DNA from: a phage
NCBI GenBank assembly: GCA_016658885.1
Contig: GCA_016658885.1_4807.1
Direction: 5' to 3' (one strand)
DNA: 64,000 nucleotides
The position numbers were made by a program, and so were the translations under genes. Positions 16,244-25,433 of this stretch are shown in pieces. Below the pieces are notes generated by a model that did not search any database, was not told where the DNA came from, and saw nothing but the letters and a program-made list of their open reading frames with translations. Each line of letters starts with the position of its first letter. Positions within the stretch are counted from its first letter, which is position 1.

Positions 16244-17913
16244 CAGAATTCATCCTTATCTCTTCCCAAAGAACGTTTACGCTCAATAACCTTCTTCAAG
16301 AATTCAATATCTTCAGGGTCAGACTCATCGCGGATAAGATACGCTAAGATGGTCATCAAGTCAGAAATGTATTCCCCTGCTTCATTCTTAATCAGCGGCG
16401 TAAAGTAACCGCGCTGGTTGCGATAGGTCGCAGGCTCAAAGCCAAGCTTTGACATGTGCGGCGCAAGGGTACGAGAGAAAGGCGACTTGCCGCACTTCGC
16501 TCTGAATCCCATAGCGATAGCACCACTGGTGATGTGCCAGCGTCCACTGTGATGTCGGTCATAAGGCGCGGTGATGACGACTTCAACAAGGTCGTTGTCA
16601 ACCATCTCATCACGGATAACGCCGCGTGCACGTTCCATTTCGTTCTTGCTGAACTCAGTAAGCATGCGAGATGTTTCACCAACAAAAGCGTTATAGCCTG
16701 CTTCGCCGTGCTTCTCCATCCACGCAGCGCACTCAGCCATAAGCTGCCAAACATCTTCTTTCAAAGTGGAAAGGTCAGCTTGGAAGTCTTTAGACCAGTT
16801 CGGTTGCCCGTCCTTGTCAGCAAGTTGGCCAACAAAGATAGGGTAAACACGACGGTTGCCCGTATCGTCACGCTGCATGCCTGCGTATTCGTTGCCGTCC
16901 ATGATCGCAATCCACTGGCGTGGTTTAACCTGCGTGTCTTCAAATTTGAAGTCCAGGTCATCTTCCGTCTTAGTCAGGAATGCTTTCATGTTTTCGATGT
17001 CGGCCTTTTTAAAGCCTGTCATCTCGCCAACGTTCGCGATAATTGAGCGACCCGTAATAGCTCGCAAGAACGGGTTGAAGTTTTGCGCGGCCAAGTTCAA
17101 CGGAATCGGTGTTGCGTGGCGGTCATTCATAATAGCTTCGCAAAGCAGCTTACTAAAATAACTCTTCCCTGCGTTCTGGCCGCCGATTAGCGCAATGGAG
17201 ATTGGCGCTTGACAGCCAGGGTTGGTCAGGCGGTTATAGAGCGATAGCCAAAAATACACACCGATTTGTCGGTTTAACTCTGTATCGAACGGTCGGAATA
17301 GCTCGATAAGGTATTTCTCAATGCGCGCAGCACCGTCCCATTCAGGCAGCTTCTTGTAGAAGAAGTCCATCAGGTCGTCGCGCTGATAACGCATGGCCCA
17401 TTCCTTATAGGATTGAGCGACCTGCCGTGAGTTTGGGTTGGACAGGCCTGCTGCGTCGACAGCGGCAACTATCTCTGTGACTTCCAACGTCCGGTCGGTG
17501 AATGTTTCGCCGCGATGGTCGACTAAGCGCCCACGAAAAGTATCTTTGTGAGGGAATGGAACAACGCCGCTTCCCTTATCAAACAACGCGTCGAAAACCG
17601 CATAACGGTTCATGTCACTCGTACGGTCCGCCTGAAGAACAAAATCATCTTTCGTCGGTTTATAATGAGGGAACTTGATTACCTGAAGTGAGGCGAGCAA
17701 ACGTGCTCTTTCAACCAAGTCTTCTTCACCGTAGCATTCCATGCGCTCTGAATCTTTTTCAACGGCTTTATGTTGAAGGCTGATTTTAGCTCTGGTGCCT
17801 TGCTGCTCTGCTGCCTGCATTTCTTCCGAAACGCCTGCATCTTGAATTTCGTCAAAGATTGCACCAAATTCATCACCTGTATCCTCTGGAAGATTGTCAT
17901 TATTAATTGACAT
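16243..17913 (-). CDS. DNA primase-helicase type P-loop NTPase (VirE / D5-like)
   Basis: Walker A IALIGGQNAGKSYF, downstream Walker B-like hydrophobic-acidic stretch, 556 aa. Confidence 0.65.
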   Translation of the reverse strand: MSINNDNLPEDTGDEFGAIFDEIQDAGVSEEMQAAEQQGTRAKISLQHKAVEKDSERMECYGEEDLVERARLLASLQVIKFPHYKPTKDDFVLQADRTSDMNRYAVFDALFDKGSGVVPFPHKDTFRGRLVDHRGETFTDRTLEVTEIVAAVDAAGLSNPNSRQVAQSYKEWAMRYQRDDLMDFFYKKLPEWDGAARIEKYLIELFRPFDTELNRQIGVYFWLSLYNRLTNPGCQAPISIALIGGQNAGKSYFSKLLCEAIMNDRHATPIPLNLAAQNFNPFLRAITGRSIIANVGEMTGFKKADIENMKAFLTKTEDDLDFKFEDTQVKPRQWIAIMDGNEYAGMQRDDTGNRRVYPIFVGQLADKDGQPNWSKDFQADLSTLKEDVWQLMAECAAWMEKHGEAGYNAFVGETSRMLTEFSKNEMERARGVIRDEMVDNDLVEVVITAPYDRHHSGRWHITSGAIAMGFRAKCGKSPFSRTLAPHMSKLGFEPATYRNQRGYFTPLIKNEAGEYISDLMTILAYLIRDESDPEDIEFLKKVIERKRSLGRDKDEF

Positions 17914-17971
17914 TTAATCCTCCTGATACGGCTTTGTTATATTGTTGCATGGATATATCCTTTCAGGGTGC

Positions 17972-17999
17972 GGTAAATAAACGCCAGAAATCTGGCGTT
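17972..17999 (-). terminator. possible terminator or attenuator hairpin
   Basis: AACGCCAGA-aat-TCTGGCGTT with weak T-run on the minus strand. Confidence 0.4.
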
Positions 18000-18049
18000 G
18001 TATATTAATATAGTAAAACTCAATTTAAAGCAATATAACTGGTGAACTA

Positions 18050-18340
18050 TCAGCAAGGAAATTGGTCAGCGTATGCCTTTCTCAATTTGTTTACTGATTG
18101 AACAGCATGAAGGTATTGGCAATCGGTGAAGATGCGGCGCAAATGATCCATAGAAGACAGGTCATCGTTAGTAACCACCAGAATCTCTTCCGAAGGACAG
18201 CCAGCTTCTTTGACAATCTCATTGAGATTTGCGCCACTAATTTCTTCAACACGTTTCACCTCATCGATACCGTAAACATCAACGGCAACTTCGATGTCGT
18301 CATCGCTGATATTTTCACCATAAAGAATTACAATATTCAT
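18050..18340 (-). CDS. hypothetical protein (96 aa)
   Basis: ORF track. Confidence 0.45.
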   Translation of the reverse strand: MNIVILYGENISDDDIEVAVDVYGIDEVKRVEEISGANLNEIVKEAGCPSEEILVVTNDDLSSMDHLRRIFTDCQYLHAVQSVNKLRKAYADQFPC

Positions 18341-18459
18341 TTACTCACCCCTGCCAAATAATATGCCATATCCAATACATATAATAGACCCAGGATGATA
18401 ACAAGGGAAATGATTAATGTGTATTTCTTTACGGCTTTCATAAGTATCTATACCTAAAT

Positions 18460-18723
18460 TTACTGTTGAGGATCACCAATGGAGTCTGTCGCATCCCATT
18501 CAACGCGTGCTTTGCGTTCTGCTGGTGGGCAACCTTCGCCAGCGTAAAGCTCCACAACACCTTCATGAGAGCAGCACCGGCACTCTACAAGGTCGCCATC
18601 TTCCCAGGCACCTTCCTCCGCGTTGCGATGCTGCCGCACCTTGATCACATCGCTCGCACAGTTAGGACAAGTCGAGAGATTGCTGGTAACGTTCCAAATG
18701 AACTCGTTACGGAAGGCGCCCAT
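18460..18723 (-). CDS. hypothetical protein with zinc-ribbon-like Cys motifs (about 87 aa)
   Basis: CPNCASD...CRCCSHEG; trimmed to internal ATG to remove overlap. Confidence 0.4.
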   Translation of the reverse strand: MGAFRNEFIWNVTSNLSTCPNCASDVIKVRQHRNAEEGAWEDGDLVECRCCSHEGVVELYAGEGCPPAERKARVEWDATDSIGDPQQ

Positions 18724-18724
18724 G

Positions 18725-19015
18725 CTACACCTCTTGATCTCTTTGCTGCTGAATCGCGGCTGAAGCTTCGTCAAAATTGACTGGCTCAACGGTGAACGTT
18801 GCACTGACCGTAAGATTTTTAATAGTCAGCAGCGTGTTGAATCGCTCGGCCTGAAGATTCATAGCCACGTGCGTGGATACGTTAAGGATTGCACCAACAA
18901 CTTCCTCAACTGCGTAACCTGCAAACAAGGGAAGAATCTGGTTGACAAGCTTAAGCTCGTTTTCAACGCGAAGATTTTGCGCTTCTTCAACAGTCATCAT
19001 TTTTGGTTCGTTCAT
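18725..19015 (-). CDS. hypothetical protein (96 aa)
   Basis: ORF track. Confidence 0.45.
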   Translation of the reverse strand: MNEPKMMTVEEAQNLRVENELKLVNQILPLFAGYAVEEVVGAILNVSTHVAMNLQAERFNTLLTIKNLTVSATFTVEPVNFDEASAAIQQQRDQEV

Positions 19016-19021
19016 CTTTAT

Positions 19022-19165
19022 TCCTTAACAAATTCAGAGTAGTATTGGGCCGCAGCCGCTTGATGGTGAGCCATGACGCCTTGAAGGGTCGGAAGCTCTA
19101 CTGGTTTAGGTTCTAAAAACTTTAACAGACCTTCAACCTCGATGTTCAATTCTTCGCTTTGCATA
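19022..19165 (-). CDS. possible small protein (about 47 aa, MQSEELNIEVEGLLKFLEP...)
   Basis: Hand-translated; GAGGTG before ATG; fills an otherwise empty 200-bp gap. Confidence 0.3.
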
Positions 19166-19222
19166 AATCACCTCTGCTTCAGTTCATAAAATGATTATAG
19201 TTGCTATAAAAATAAAAGCAAA

Positions 19223-20305
19223 CTATTTTATGCCACCTGCACGACGATTTATCATGTCAAGTTGATTCTCAATATAAGGCATTACGATTGCTTCAACAAA
19301 AGCGGTCCAACCTTTCTTGCCTTCCCCTTTCCGGTGACAGTCGTGGGCGCAACCGAACACAAACTCATGTTCTGCACCAGGAATAGGGCCGCGAAAGTAA
19401 GCGCCATACGGGTCGCCGTTGGTGTGCTCTTCACCCCAAGGACATATTATGCGACACTTGCCTGACATGTTCTCGATGACGTCGCCATCAGACCCTTCAC
19501 CCATCTTGTTGCGCGCAAGAATTTGCTGGGCTATTTTATACCAAACAGCATCATACTTGTATTCATCGACGTCAATTTGAATCTCACGCTTTTGCGGCAT
19601 TACAACGTGAAAGCCAAATGCCTGGCAGATGTCTTCGATGGTGTAGCGCAAGGAGTAGTCTGCATGGACAAGTCGGCAGCGGAACGGGTCGCCGTTCTCA
19701 TCGACATATTTATAGGGGCCGTCGTGAGTCACACGCTTATTGTTGATGCATCCAGGAACACGGCCCACGCGCGTTACGTCTTTAATCGTGTTGTCGCCGC
19801 CCTTCTTGAGTACCATGTTAACGAAAGACCCAAGGAACGCTTTGAACTGAATAAGATGGTCAATCGGTTCTTTAAAGAAGTACCAAAGCTGGTGGTTGTT
19901 CGGTGAAGTCTCGACGATGACAGTCGGCTTCAGTCGCTCAAAAAAGAATTCCAAATCTAAATCGCCTTTGGACCCTTTACCGTGACCGATGTCGTCGACC
20001 ATCATCGCCATGCCGTGACCAAAGGCCGACTCTGTACGCCAGTATCGCATCTCACCCGTCTTTGGGTTGGGAGACTTACGCATTGAACTGATGCAAGCAT
20101 AGCCGTTTTGGTGCTGCATGAGCGGCTTGCCCAACTTCCAAGGCTTAGGCCAGAAGCTGCTGTTAATCTTCTTGCCGCGCTCGTCAGTCTGCACCGTTGC
20201 TTCAGGAGCAAACACCGTCATGACGCGCTCATCTTCTGGGATGCCTCTCTGGAGTTCTGTTAAAAACTCTTCAATTATTTTTGCTTCTTCTCTTAAACTA
20301 GCCAT
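19223..20305 (-). CDS. putative DNA primase (primase-polymerase-like) with C-terminal Cys/His zinc-binding cluster
   Basis: Acidic MVDDIGHGKG...DLDLEFF segment and CRIICPWGEEH...FGCAHDCH cluster; adjacent to the primase-helicase gene; assignment tentative. Confidence 0.4.
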   Translation of the reverse strand: MASLREEAKIIEEFLTELQRGIPEDERVMTVFAPEATVQTDERGKKINSSFWPKPWKLGKPLMQHQNGYACISSMRKSPNPKTGEMRYWRTESAFGHGMAMMVDDIGHGKGSKGDLDLEFFFERLKPTVIVETSPNNHQLWYFFKEPIDHLIQFKAFLGSFVNMVLKKGGDNTIKDVTRVGRVPGCINNKRVTHDGPYKYVDENGDPFRCRLVHADYSLRYTIEDICQAFGFHVVMPQKREIQIDVDEYKYDAVWYKIAQQILARNKMGEGSDGDVIENMSGKCRIICPWGEEHTNGDPYGAYFRGPIPGAEHEFVFGCAHDCHRKGEGKKGWTAFVEAIVMPYIENQLDMINRRAGGIK

Positions 20306-20465
20306 CTTTCTTTCCTTTGGTGATCAATACCTGCAGTATAATATTGAGTGATACAAAGTCAACAATATTTACCATTTAGTTCACAATTTCGATTTACTTT
20401 GCTTTATACTATATCTGCAATTATACTATCAGAAAATATTTCCGCACTAACAAAGGTCGCCTGAA
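20306..20465. promoter_or_regulatory. divergent promoter region between minus-strand early and plus-strand replication modules
   Basis: AT-rich 160 bp with several TATAAT/TATACT-like hexamers; strand switch point. Confidence 0.45.
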
Positions 20466-20792
20466 ATGAACGAAAAAGAGACGAAGCAACGCGAACGTGC
20501 AACGCACGTCGGAATCGTTGAGTCCTTCCTTAATACAAGATTGAATTCAAGCCTAACAATCATGCGATTCCTGGGTCAACCAGACAGAATCAAATTTATT
20601 TTTGCCGCAAATCCGGTATCACTGTACATCCCTGTTGAATCCATGGCGTACTTAGTGCGCGACGAGAAAGGATGGAAGATACCAAACACAACTGTTTTCT
20701 TCAGCCATGTTGATGGTGAGATGTTTGAACGAAAAGAAGATTGCCATTTTATTCCAGTATATCTGGACCTTGAAAGCGTAGTGGAGTTATAA
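20466..20792 (+). CDS. hypothetical protein (108 aa)
   Basis: ORF track; TAATG overlap with the helicase gene. Confidence 0.5.
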   Translation: MNEKETKQRERATHVGIVESFLNTRLNSSLTIMRFLGQPDRIKFIFAANPVSLYIPVESMAYLVRDEKGWKIPNTTVFFSHVDGEMFERKEDCHFIPVYLDLESVVEL

Positions 20793-21976
20793 TGAACATT
20801 ACAGAATTTAATGATGAGCCAGTGATTCAGTTTAACGCGCAACAAATCGACGCCATCGAGAAAGCCGTTGCATGGTACAAGCGATTGCAGGACGGTAAAA
20901 CGACGAAGCGCGTGTTTTTCATCGCTGGCTATGCAGGAACAGGTAAAACCTCTATTGCGCGTGAGATTGTGCGCCGTTGTGTCGGTGAGTACGGTGCCAT
21001 TTATATTGCGCCGACCGGAAAGGCAGCCAGCCGATTGAAGCAGAAAGGGTGCCGTGGCGCTAAGACCCTTCACCAGTTCATCTATAACGTGCGCGGCGTT
21101 AACGATGACAATGAACCAATATTCGCAAGAAAGTCAACTCTTGATGAAAGGCCGCATCTTGTCGTCCTTGATGAAGCTTCAATGGTCGGTGAGTGGGACA
21201 CAGAACGCCTTCTTGATCACCGCATCCCTGTTCTGGCATTAGGCGACATTGGACAAGTCCCTCCGGTAAAAGCCGCAGCCTACTTTACTGAAGATGCCGT
21301 CGACGTACTGTTGACCGAAATCATGCGGCAGGGGAAAGAGTCCAACATAATCCGCGCTTCCTTCTTCGTGCGACAGGGCAACCGACTTCCTCCGCGTGAA
21401 TACGATGACGTGAAGGTGTTGGCTGAATCGCCGCGCGTTACCGCTCTGAAGAAATTTATGGGCGAAGATGATCAAATTATTTGCTCTTATAATAGCACCA
21501 AAGATAAATGGAATTCATTATTGCGGCAAGTGAGCGGACGTATAACGCCAATGCCAGGAATCGGCGAGAAAGTTATTTGCACATTCAACCAACACGGGCC
21601 AGGATTCTGTAATGGCGAGCAAGGGATTGTTATTAGCTATGAGCCAGTGCCGGACTTTGAAAGGGATGAAGATGAGTCCAATGAAATAATGTATGTCAAT
21701 TTGCGCTCGCTTACCGATGGCAAAGATATAAAGGTGAAGATAAATCCTCTTTCCTTTTCTACTGATCAGGAAGTGCGCAAAGAGGCCCAACGCTCTGTTG
21801 GCGGCATGGACTATGGCTATGTCATAACGGTGCACAAATCGCAAGGCAGCGAGTGGGACAATGTGTGCGTGCTGGAAGAAATCTTGCGCGGCGTTCCGTA
21901 TGCCAAGATGATGTACACCGCTATTACCCGCGCTAAGAAGAATCTGACCGTGTACCGTGATTTGAAAGCGCGTTAA
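20792..21976 (+). CDS. superfamily 1 DNA helicase (Dda / RecD-like)
   Basis: GYAGTGKTS Walker A, VVLDEASMV, GDIGQVPPV, VITVHKSQGSEWD, YTAITRA. Confidence 0.85.
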   Translation: MNITEFNDEPVIQFNAQQIDAIEKAVAWYKRLQDGKTTKRVFFIAGYAGTGKTSIAREIVRRCVGEYGAIYIAPTGKAASRLKQKGCRGAKTLHQFIYNVRGVNDDNEPIFARKSTLDERPHLVVLDEASMVGEWDTERLLDHRIPVLALGDIGQVPPVKAAAYFTEDAVDVLLTEIMRQGKESNIIRASFFVRQGNRLPPREYDDVKVLAESPRVTALKKFMGEDDQIICSYNSTKDKWNSLLRQVSGRITPMPGIGEKVICTFNQHGPGFCNGEQGIVISYEPVPDFERDEDESNEIMYVNLRSLTDGKDIKVKINPLSFSTDQEVRKEAQRSVGGMDYGYVITVHKSQGSEWDNVCVLEEILRGVPYAKMMYTAITRAKKNLTVYRDLKAR

Positions 21977-22032
21977 TGTTGACGTAAATTTACGAAAAAT
22001 AAAACTGAAAATCAGTTTAATTAAAGTGGCAT

Positions 22033-22067
22033 CGCCGCCAGAGTTTTTAGTTGCTACTGGCGGCGAC
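22033..22067 (+). promoter_or_regulatory. inverted repeat upstream of 22136 gene
   Basis: CGCCGCCAG...CTGGCGGCG arms. Confidence 0.35.
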
Positions 22068-22135
22068 TGAAGGCATAATTAAGTTATCCCAAACGGGGAA
22101 TATAAAATAAACTAATTTATTTAAGGACTGTGAAC

Positions 22136-22975
22136 ATGGCCGAAGCAATCAAAGTATTATCTAAAGAAGAAAAACAAGCAGCTGCAGCAGAACGTCGTCG
22201 CGTGGCTGAAGAAAAACGTCTGGCTAAAAAGAAAGAAGCCGAAGAAAAACGCCAGAAGCGTGAGCAGGAAAAACAAGCCAAGCGTGAAGAAGCTGCGCTG
22301 AAACGCAAGCAGGCTGCTGATGAGAAGGCTCAGAAGCGTGCTGAAGAAGCAGCTAAGAAAGCTAAAGAGCGTGCAGAAAAGGCTGCTGCTAAGAAAGCAG
22401 AGCGTGAAGCTGCTAAAGCAGCGAAAGAAATCGAAAAGGCAAAGGCTAAAGAAGAAGCCAAGCGCCTGAAAGCTGAACAAGCTGCTGCTAAGAAAGCAGA
22501 GCGTGATCAAGCACGTGCTGCAGCGAAGGCCGAAAAAGAGAAGGCCAAAGAAGAAGCTAAAGCGAAACGCAAGGCAGAGCGTGAAGCTGCTAAGATTGCG
22601 GCTAAAGAAGCTGCAGAACAGCAGAAAGAACAGCGTAAGAAAGAAGCTGAAGAACGTCGCAAAGCCATCGCAGAACGTAAGGCTGCTAAAAAGGCAAACG
22701 GTCAGCGTCGTGCAAAAGCAACCCACTTCATCTACACTGGCAATGGCCTGAGCCAGCCGCAAGAGCATTCCACCCGTGGACGCGTTCTGGCTGCGATCAA
22801 AGAAGGCGAAGTTGGCGTGGCGCAGTCTATCGATGAGCTGGGCGAAAAAGTTAAAGATCAACTGTTTGGCGCTTCCGTTCGCTCCTACCTGAGCAAGCTG
22901 GAAGAGATGGGCCACATCGAGTTTGTCGATGTTGAATCCAACGAAGATGCCGAAGACAGTGATCAAGCGGAATAA
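22136..22975 (+). CDS. Lys/Glu/Ala-rich low-complexity protein with globular C-terminal domain (possible DNA-binding protein)
   Basis: About 190 residues of AEEKR/KAEREAAK-type repeats, then a non-repetitive C-terminus; ATG at 22136 after AAGGAC. Confidence 0.6.
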   Translation: MAEAIKVLSKEEKQAAAAERRRVAEEKRLAKKKEAEEKRQKREQEKQAKREEAALKRKQAADEKAQKRAEEAAKKAKERAEKAAAKKAEREAAKAAKEIEKAKAKEEAKRLKAEQAAAKKAERDQARAAAKAEKEKAKEEAKAKRKAEREAAKIAAKEAAEQQKEQRKKEAEERRKAIAERKAAKKANGQRRAKATHFIYTGNGLSQPQEHSTRGRVLAAIKEGEVGVAQSIDELGEKVKDQLFGASVRSYLSKLEEMGHIEFVDVESNEDAEDSDQAE

Positions 22976-23002
22976 CCTTAGGACGGTTATACAGCGGTAA
23001 TT

Positions 23003-23029
23003 GACCCACACTTGTTGTGGGTCTTTTTT
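23003..23029 (+). terminator. rho-independent terminator
   Basis: GACCCACA-cttg-TTGTGGGTC followed by TTTTTT. Confidence 0.7.
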
Positions 23030-23107
23030 CATCTGTACTAAATAAAATGACTTGTTGCTGTAAAATAATTTAGCTATTATACTTCTCATATCACCCACAA
23101 AGGACAA

Positions 23108-24103
23108 ATGAACATGAAACAACCTGTAATGATTATCGGCGGCGGATTGGCAGGACTTATCACAGCGTGTCACTTCCCGAACTCTATTGTGTACGAAGCA
23201 GGGGAGCGAGCGCAACAGCACAAGGCGCTGCTACGCTTTCGCGGCGAAGAAGTAAGCCGTATTACCGGAATCCCTTTTAAGGCCGTGACAGTTGACAAGG
23301 CTGTGTATTTTCGCGGCAACTACTACCACGACCATTGCCCAATCAACCTTGCCAATATGTATTCCATGAAGGTCACCAATCAATTTGGCAGCCGTTCAAT
23401 CATGAAGCTTAAGACTGCAACGCGTTATATTGCGCCTGACGACTTTTATGATCAGCTTGTCGACAAACTGGGTGACCGCATATTCTTTAATACTCCGGTC
23501 GATACTCTTTGCGGCTATAGCGAGACGCCAATCATCAACACGTCGCCGCTGCCAGTCATGATGAAGCTGGCTGGTATTGATCAGAATCTTGACTTTTCAT
23601 TCGATAAAGCAAACATTCGCGTTTACCGCTTTAAGATTAAACGTAAGTGTGAACTTTATCAAACCATTTACTTTCCTGACTACTCCGTCAGAACTTACCG
23701 CGCTTCAATCACTGGCGACACATTGATCATTGAAACAATTCCTTTGGTTAGCGTAAGTGAAGCCGCAGTTGAAGCCGCTGGCGGCATTACTCGTTACCGT
23801 GACATTAAGTTGCGTGCAGAAGTTGACGAAGTGTTGACGGCCTTTGGTCTATCATGGAGTGACATCGCTCTCGAAGAAGTTGAGAAGGTCGACCAGAAGT
23901 ATGGCAAGATTGTCGACATTCCGAAAGACTTGCGACACGCTCTACTCCTACAACTTACCATGGATTTGAACGTGTTTAGTGTCGGTCGCTTTGCTACCTG
24001 GCGAAACATTTTGCTTGATGACGTTGCTCATGACCTTGTTGAAGTTGAAAAACTCATCAAAGCAAATAACTATCAAAAATTTGCTTATATTGCTAATAAA
24101 TAA
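23108..24103 (+). CDS. FAD/NAD(P)-binding Rossmann-fold oxidoreductase (possibly UDP-galactopyranose-mutase-like)
   Basis: N-terminal VMIIGGGLAGLITA dinucleotide-binding motif; C-terminal FSVGRFATWRNILLDDV resembles the UGM C-terminal GRLAEYKY segment (from memory). Confidence 0.5.
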   Translation: MNMKQPVMIIGGGLAGLITACHFPNSIVYEAGERAQQHKALLRFRGEEVSRITGIPFKAVTVDKAVYFRGNYYHDHCPINLANMYSMKVTNQFGSRSIMKLKTATRYIAPDDFYDQLVDKLGDRIFFNTPVDTLCGYSETPIINTSPLPVMMKLAGIDQNLDFSFDKANIRVYRFKIKRKCELYQTIYFPDYSVRTYRASITGDTLIIETIPLVSVSEAAVEAAGGITRYRDIKLRAEVDEVLTAFGLSWSDIALEEVEKVDQKYGKIVDIPKDLRHALLLQLTMDLNVFSVGRFATWRNILLDDVAHDLVEVEKLIKANNYQKFAYIANK

Positions 24104-24169
24104 TTTGCTTTCTGCTTCAATGGGCGTATACTTTAATCATTGAAGCAGAACTCATAAGAGGAAACGAAA

Positions 24170-24616
24170 ATGAAACGCATCACTGGAATCGCTCTTGCCG
24201 CAACTGCTATTCTCGGCACCATGTATATGGAAGCGACTGAAGCCGCTGTCCGTACTTCCGATTCAATCGCCGTGTATGATTGCGAAGCGATGGACGGTAA
24301 AACCGCAGCAACCACTGGCGCAACTATCACGGCTTACATCGGCGTGAACGAGCAAGAAGGTCTGAATATTCAGATTCAAGGATTCACAGGGAAAGGTGCC
24401 AACCGTACTCCGTGGATGCAGCGTTTCACTTTCGTTCAGCCTCGTTCAACTGGCGGCTTTATCAACTTGATTGGTGAAAACCGTTCTGGTGCAGAAATCT
24501 TTACATCAATGAGTTCTAATAATGAACCAAAGAAAAGTTTTCAGTTGCTTTATAACGCACAATTCGTTTATCATTGCACCTTCTCTGGTGATCAGCAACT
24601 AGTGAATTACCGTTAA
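24170..24616 (+). CDS. secreted/periplasmic protein (148 aa)
   Basis: N-terminal signal-peptide-like MKRITGIALAATAILGTMYMEATEAA. Confidence 0.5.
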   Translation: MKRITGIALAATAILGTMYMEATEAAVRTSDSIAVYDCEAMDGKTAATTGATITAYIGVNEQEGLNIQIQGFTGKGANRTPWMQRFTFVQPRSTGGFINLIGENRSGAEIFTSMSSNNEPKKSFQLLYNAQFVYHCTFSGDQQLVNYR

Positions 24617-24629
24617 TAGGATAATTAAA

Positions 24630-25433
24630 ATGAAAGTTGAATTAATTCGATACACCCAAGATGCACTTGACCTTTTGCTGGAAACAAAGAACACGCGCAT
24701 GACTGGTAAGCCCGTCTCTGAGATGACAGAATCAGAGAAGCAAGAGCACTGGCGCTATATGCTTGACACCATCAAGTCACCTTTTGACTTTGTGGACTAT
24801 ATCTTTGATATCACTGATGTATCAAAGAACATGACCCATCAGATGGTACGCACACGCACAGGCGCATATCAAGAACGCACCAGCCGCGCGCAGGAGTCAT
24901 CTGCTTTTGATGCGATTCGTCCGAAAGCGTTTGAGTATGACGACCCTGACAGGGTTATCGGCGAGCGAATCGACGAGCAGCGTTTGAAGTTGGCTAACAC
25001 ATGGGACGACGCCATGGCGACCATTGACGCCCTATACCAAGAACTTCGCGCGGCTGGCGCAGAGATTCAAGATGCACGTGCCGTTTTGCCTTCTAATATG
25101 CAAACTCATATCATGGCAAAGTTCAACTTGCGCACGCTGCAACAGATGGCGTCAAACCGCTTGTGCACGCGCACACAAGGCGAGTATCAAGAAGTATTTC
25201 GCGCAATGGTTGCGGAAGTCCTCAAGGTGCACCCGTGGGCTAATCCTTTACTACAGCCGCAATGCATCGGTATGGGTAAATGCGCGTTTCCTCGTCACGG
25301 CAAAGCCCATTGCCCTTGGTATCGTGATTGGATGGATACTACGGCACAGCAAGAAGAGTTGCGCATCCAGTTTTGGAATGCGATGCCAATCACCAACAAT
25401 CCAGTTGCTAAAGATGGAGTATCAAAAGGATGA
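24630..25433 (+). CDS. ThyX-family (flavin-dependent thymidylate synthase-like) protein with variant active-site motif
   Basis: MKVELIRYT start; VRTRTGAYQERTSR aligns with ThyX RHRxxSYxExSxRY; ARAVLPSNMQT...NLRTLQQMASNR...EYQ parallels the ThyX C-terminal block. Confidence 0.65.
   Translation: MKVELIRYTQDALDLLLETKNTRMTGKPVSEMTESEKQEHWRYMLDTIKSPFDFVDYIFDITDVSKNMTHQMVRTRTGAYQERTSRAQESSAFDAIRPKAFEYDDPDRVIGERIDEQRLKLANTWDDAMATIDALYQELRAAGAEIQDARAVLPSNMQTHIMAKFNLRTLQQMASNRLCTRTQGEYQEVFRAMVAEVLKVHPWANPLLQPQCIGMGKCAFPRHGKAHCPWYRDWMDTTAQQEELRIQFWNAMPITNNPVAKDGVSKG

Noticed and set aside
16456-17046. 196-aa plus-strand ORF inside the primase-helicase gene
   Set aside because: Antisense to a gene with a clear Walker A motif; no RBS; typical shadow ORF.
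22157-23221. 354-aa minus-strand ORF antisense to the Lys/Glu/Ala-rich gene
   Set aside because: Translation is low-complexity Phe/Leu/Ser/Cys-rich, as expected from antisense of a GAA/AAG-repeat coding sequence; no start context; overlaps a well-supported gene and terminator.
24120-24160. Inverted repeat TGCTTCAATG...CATTGAAGCA upstream of the secreted-protein gene, considered as a terminator
   Set aside because: Long 15-nt loop containing a TATACT hexamer and no following T-run; more likely an operator or promoter-associated palindrome, left unannotated as a feature.
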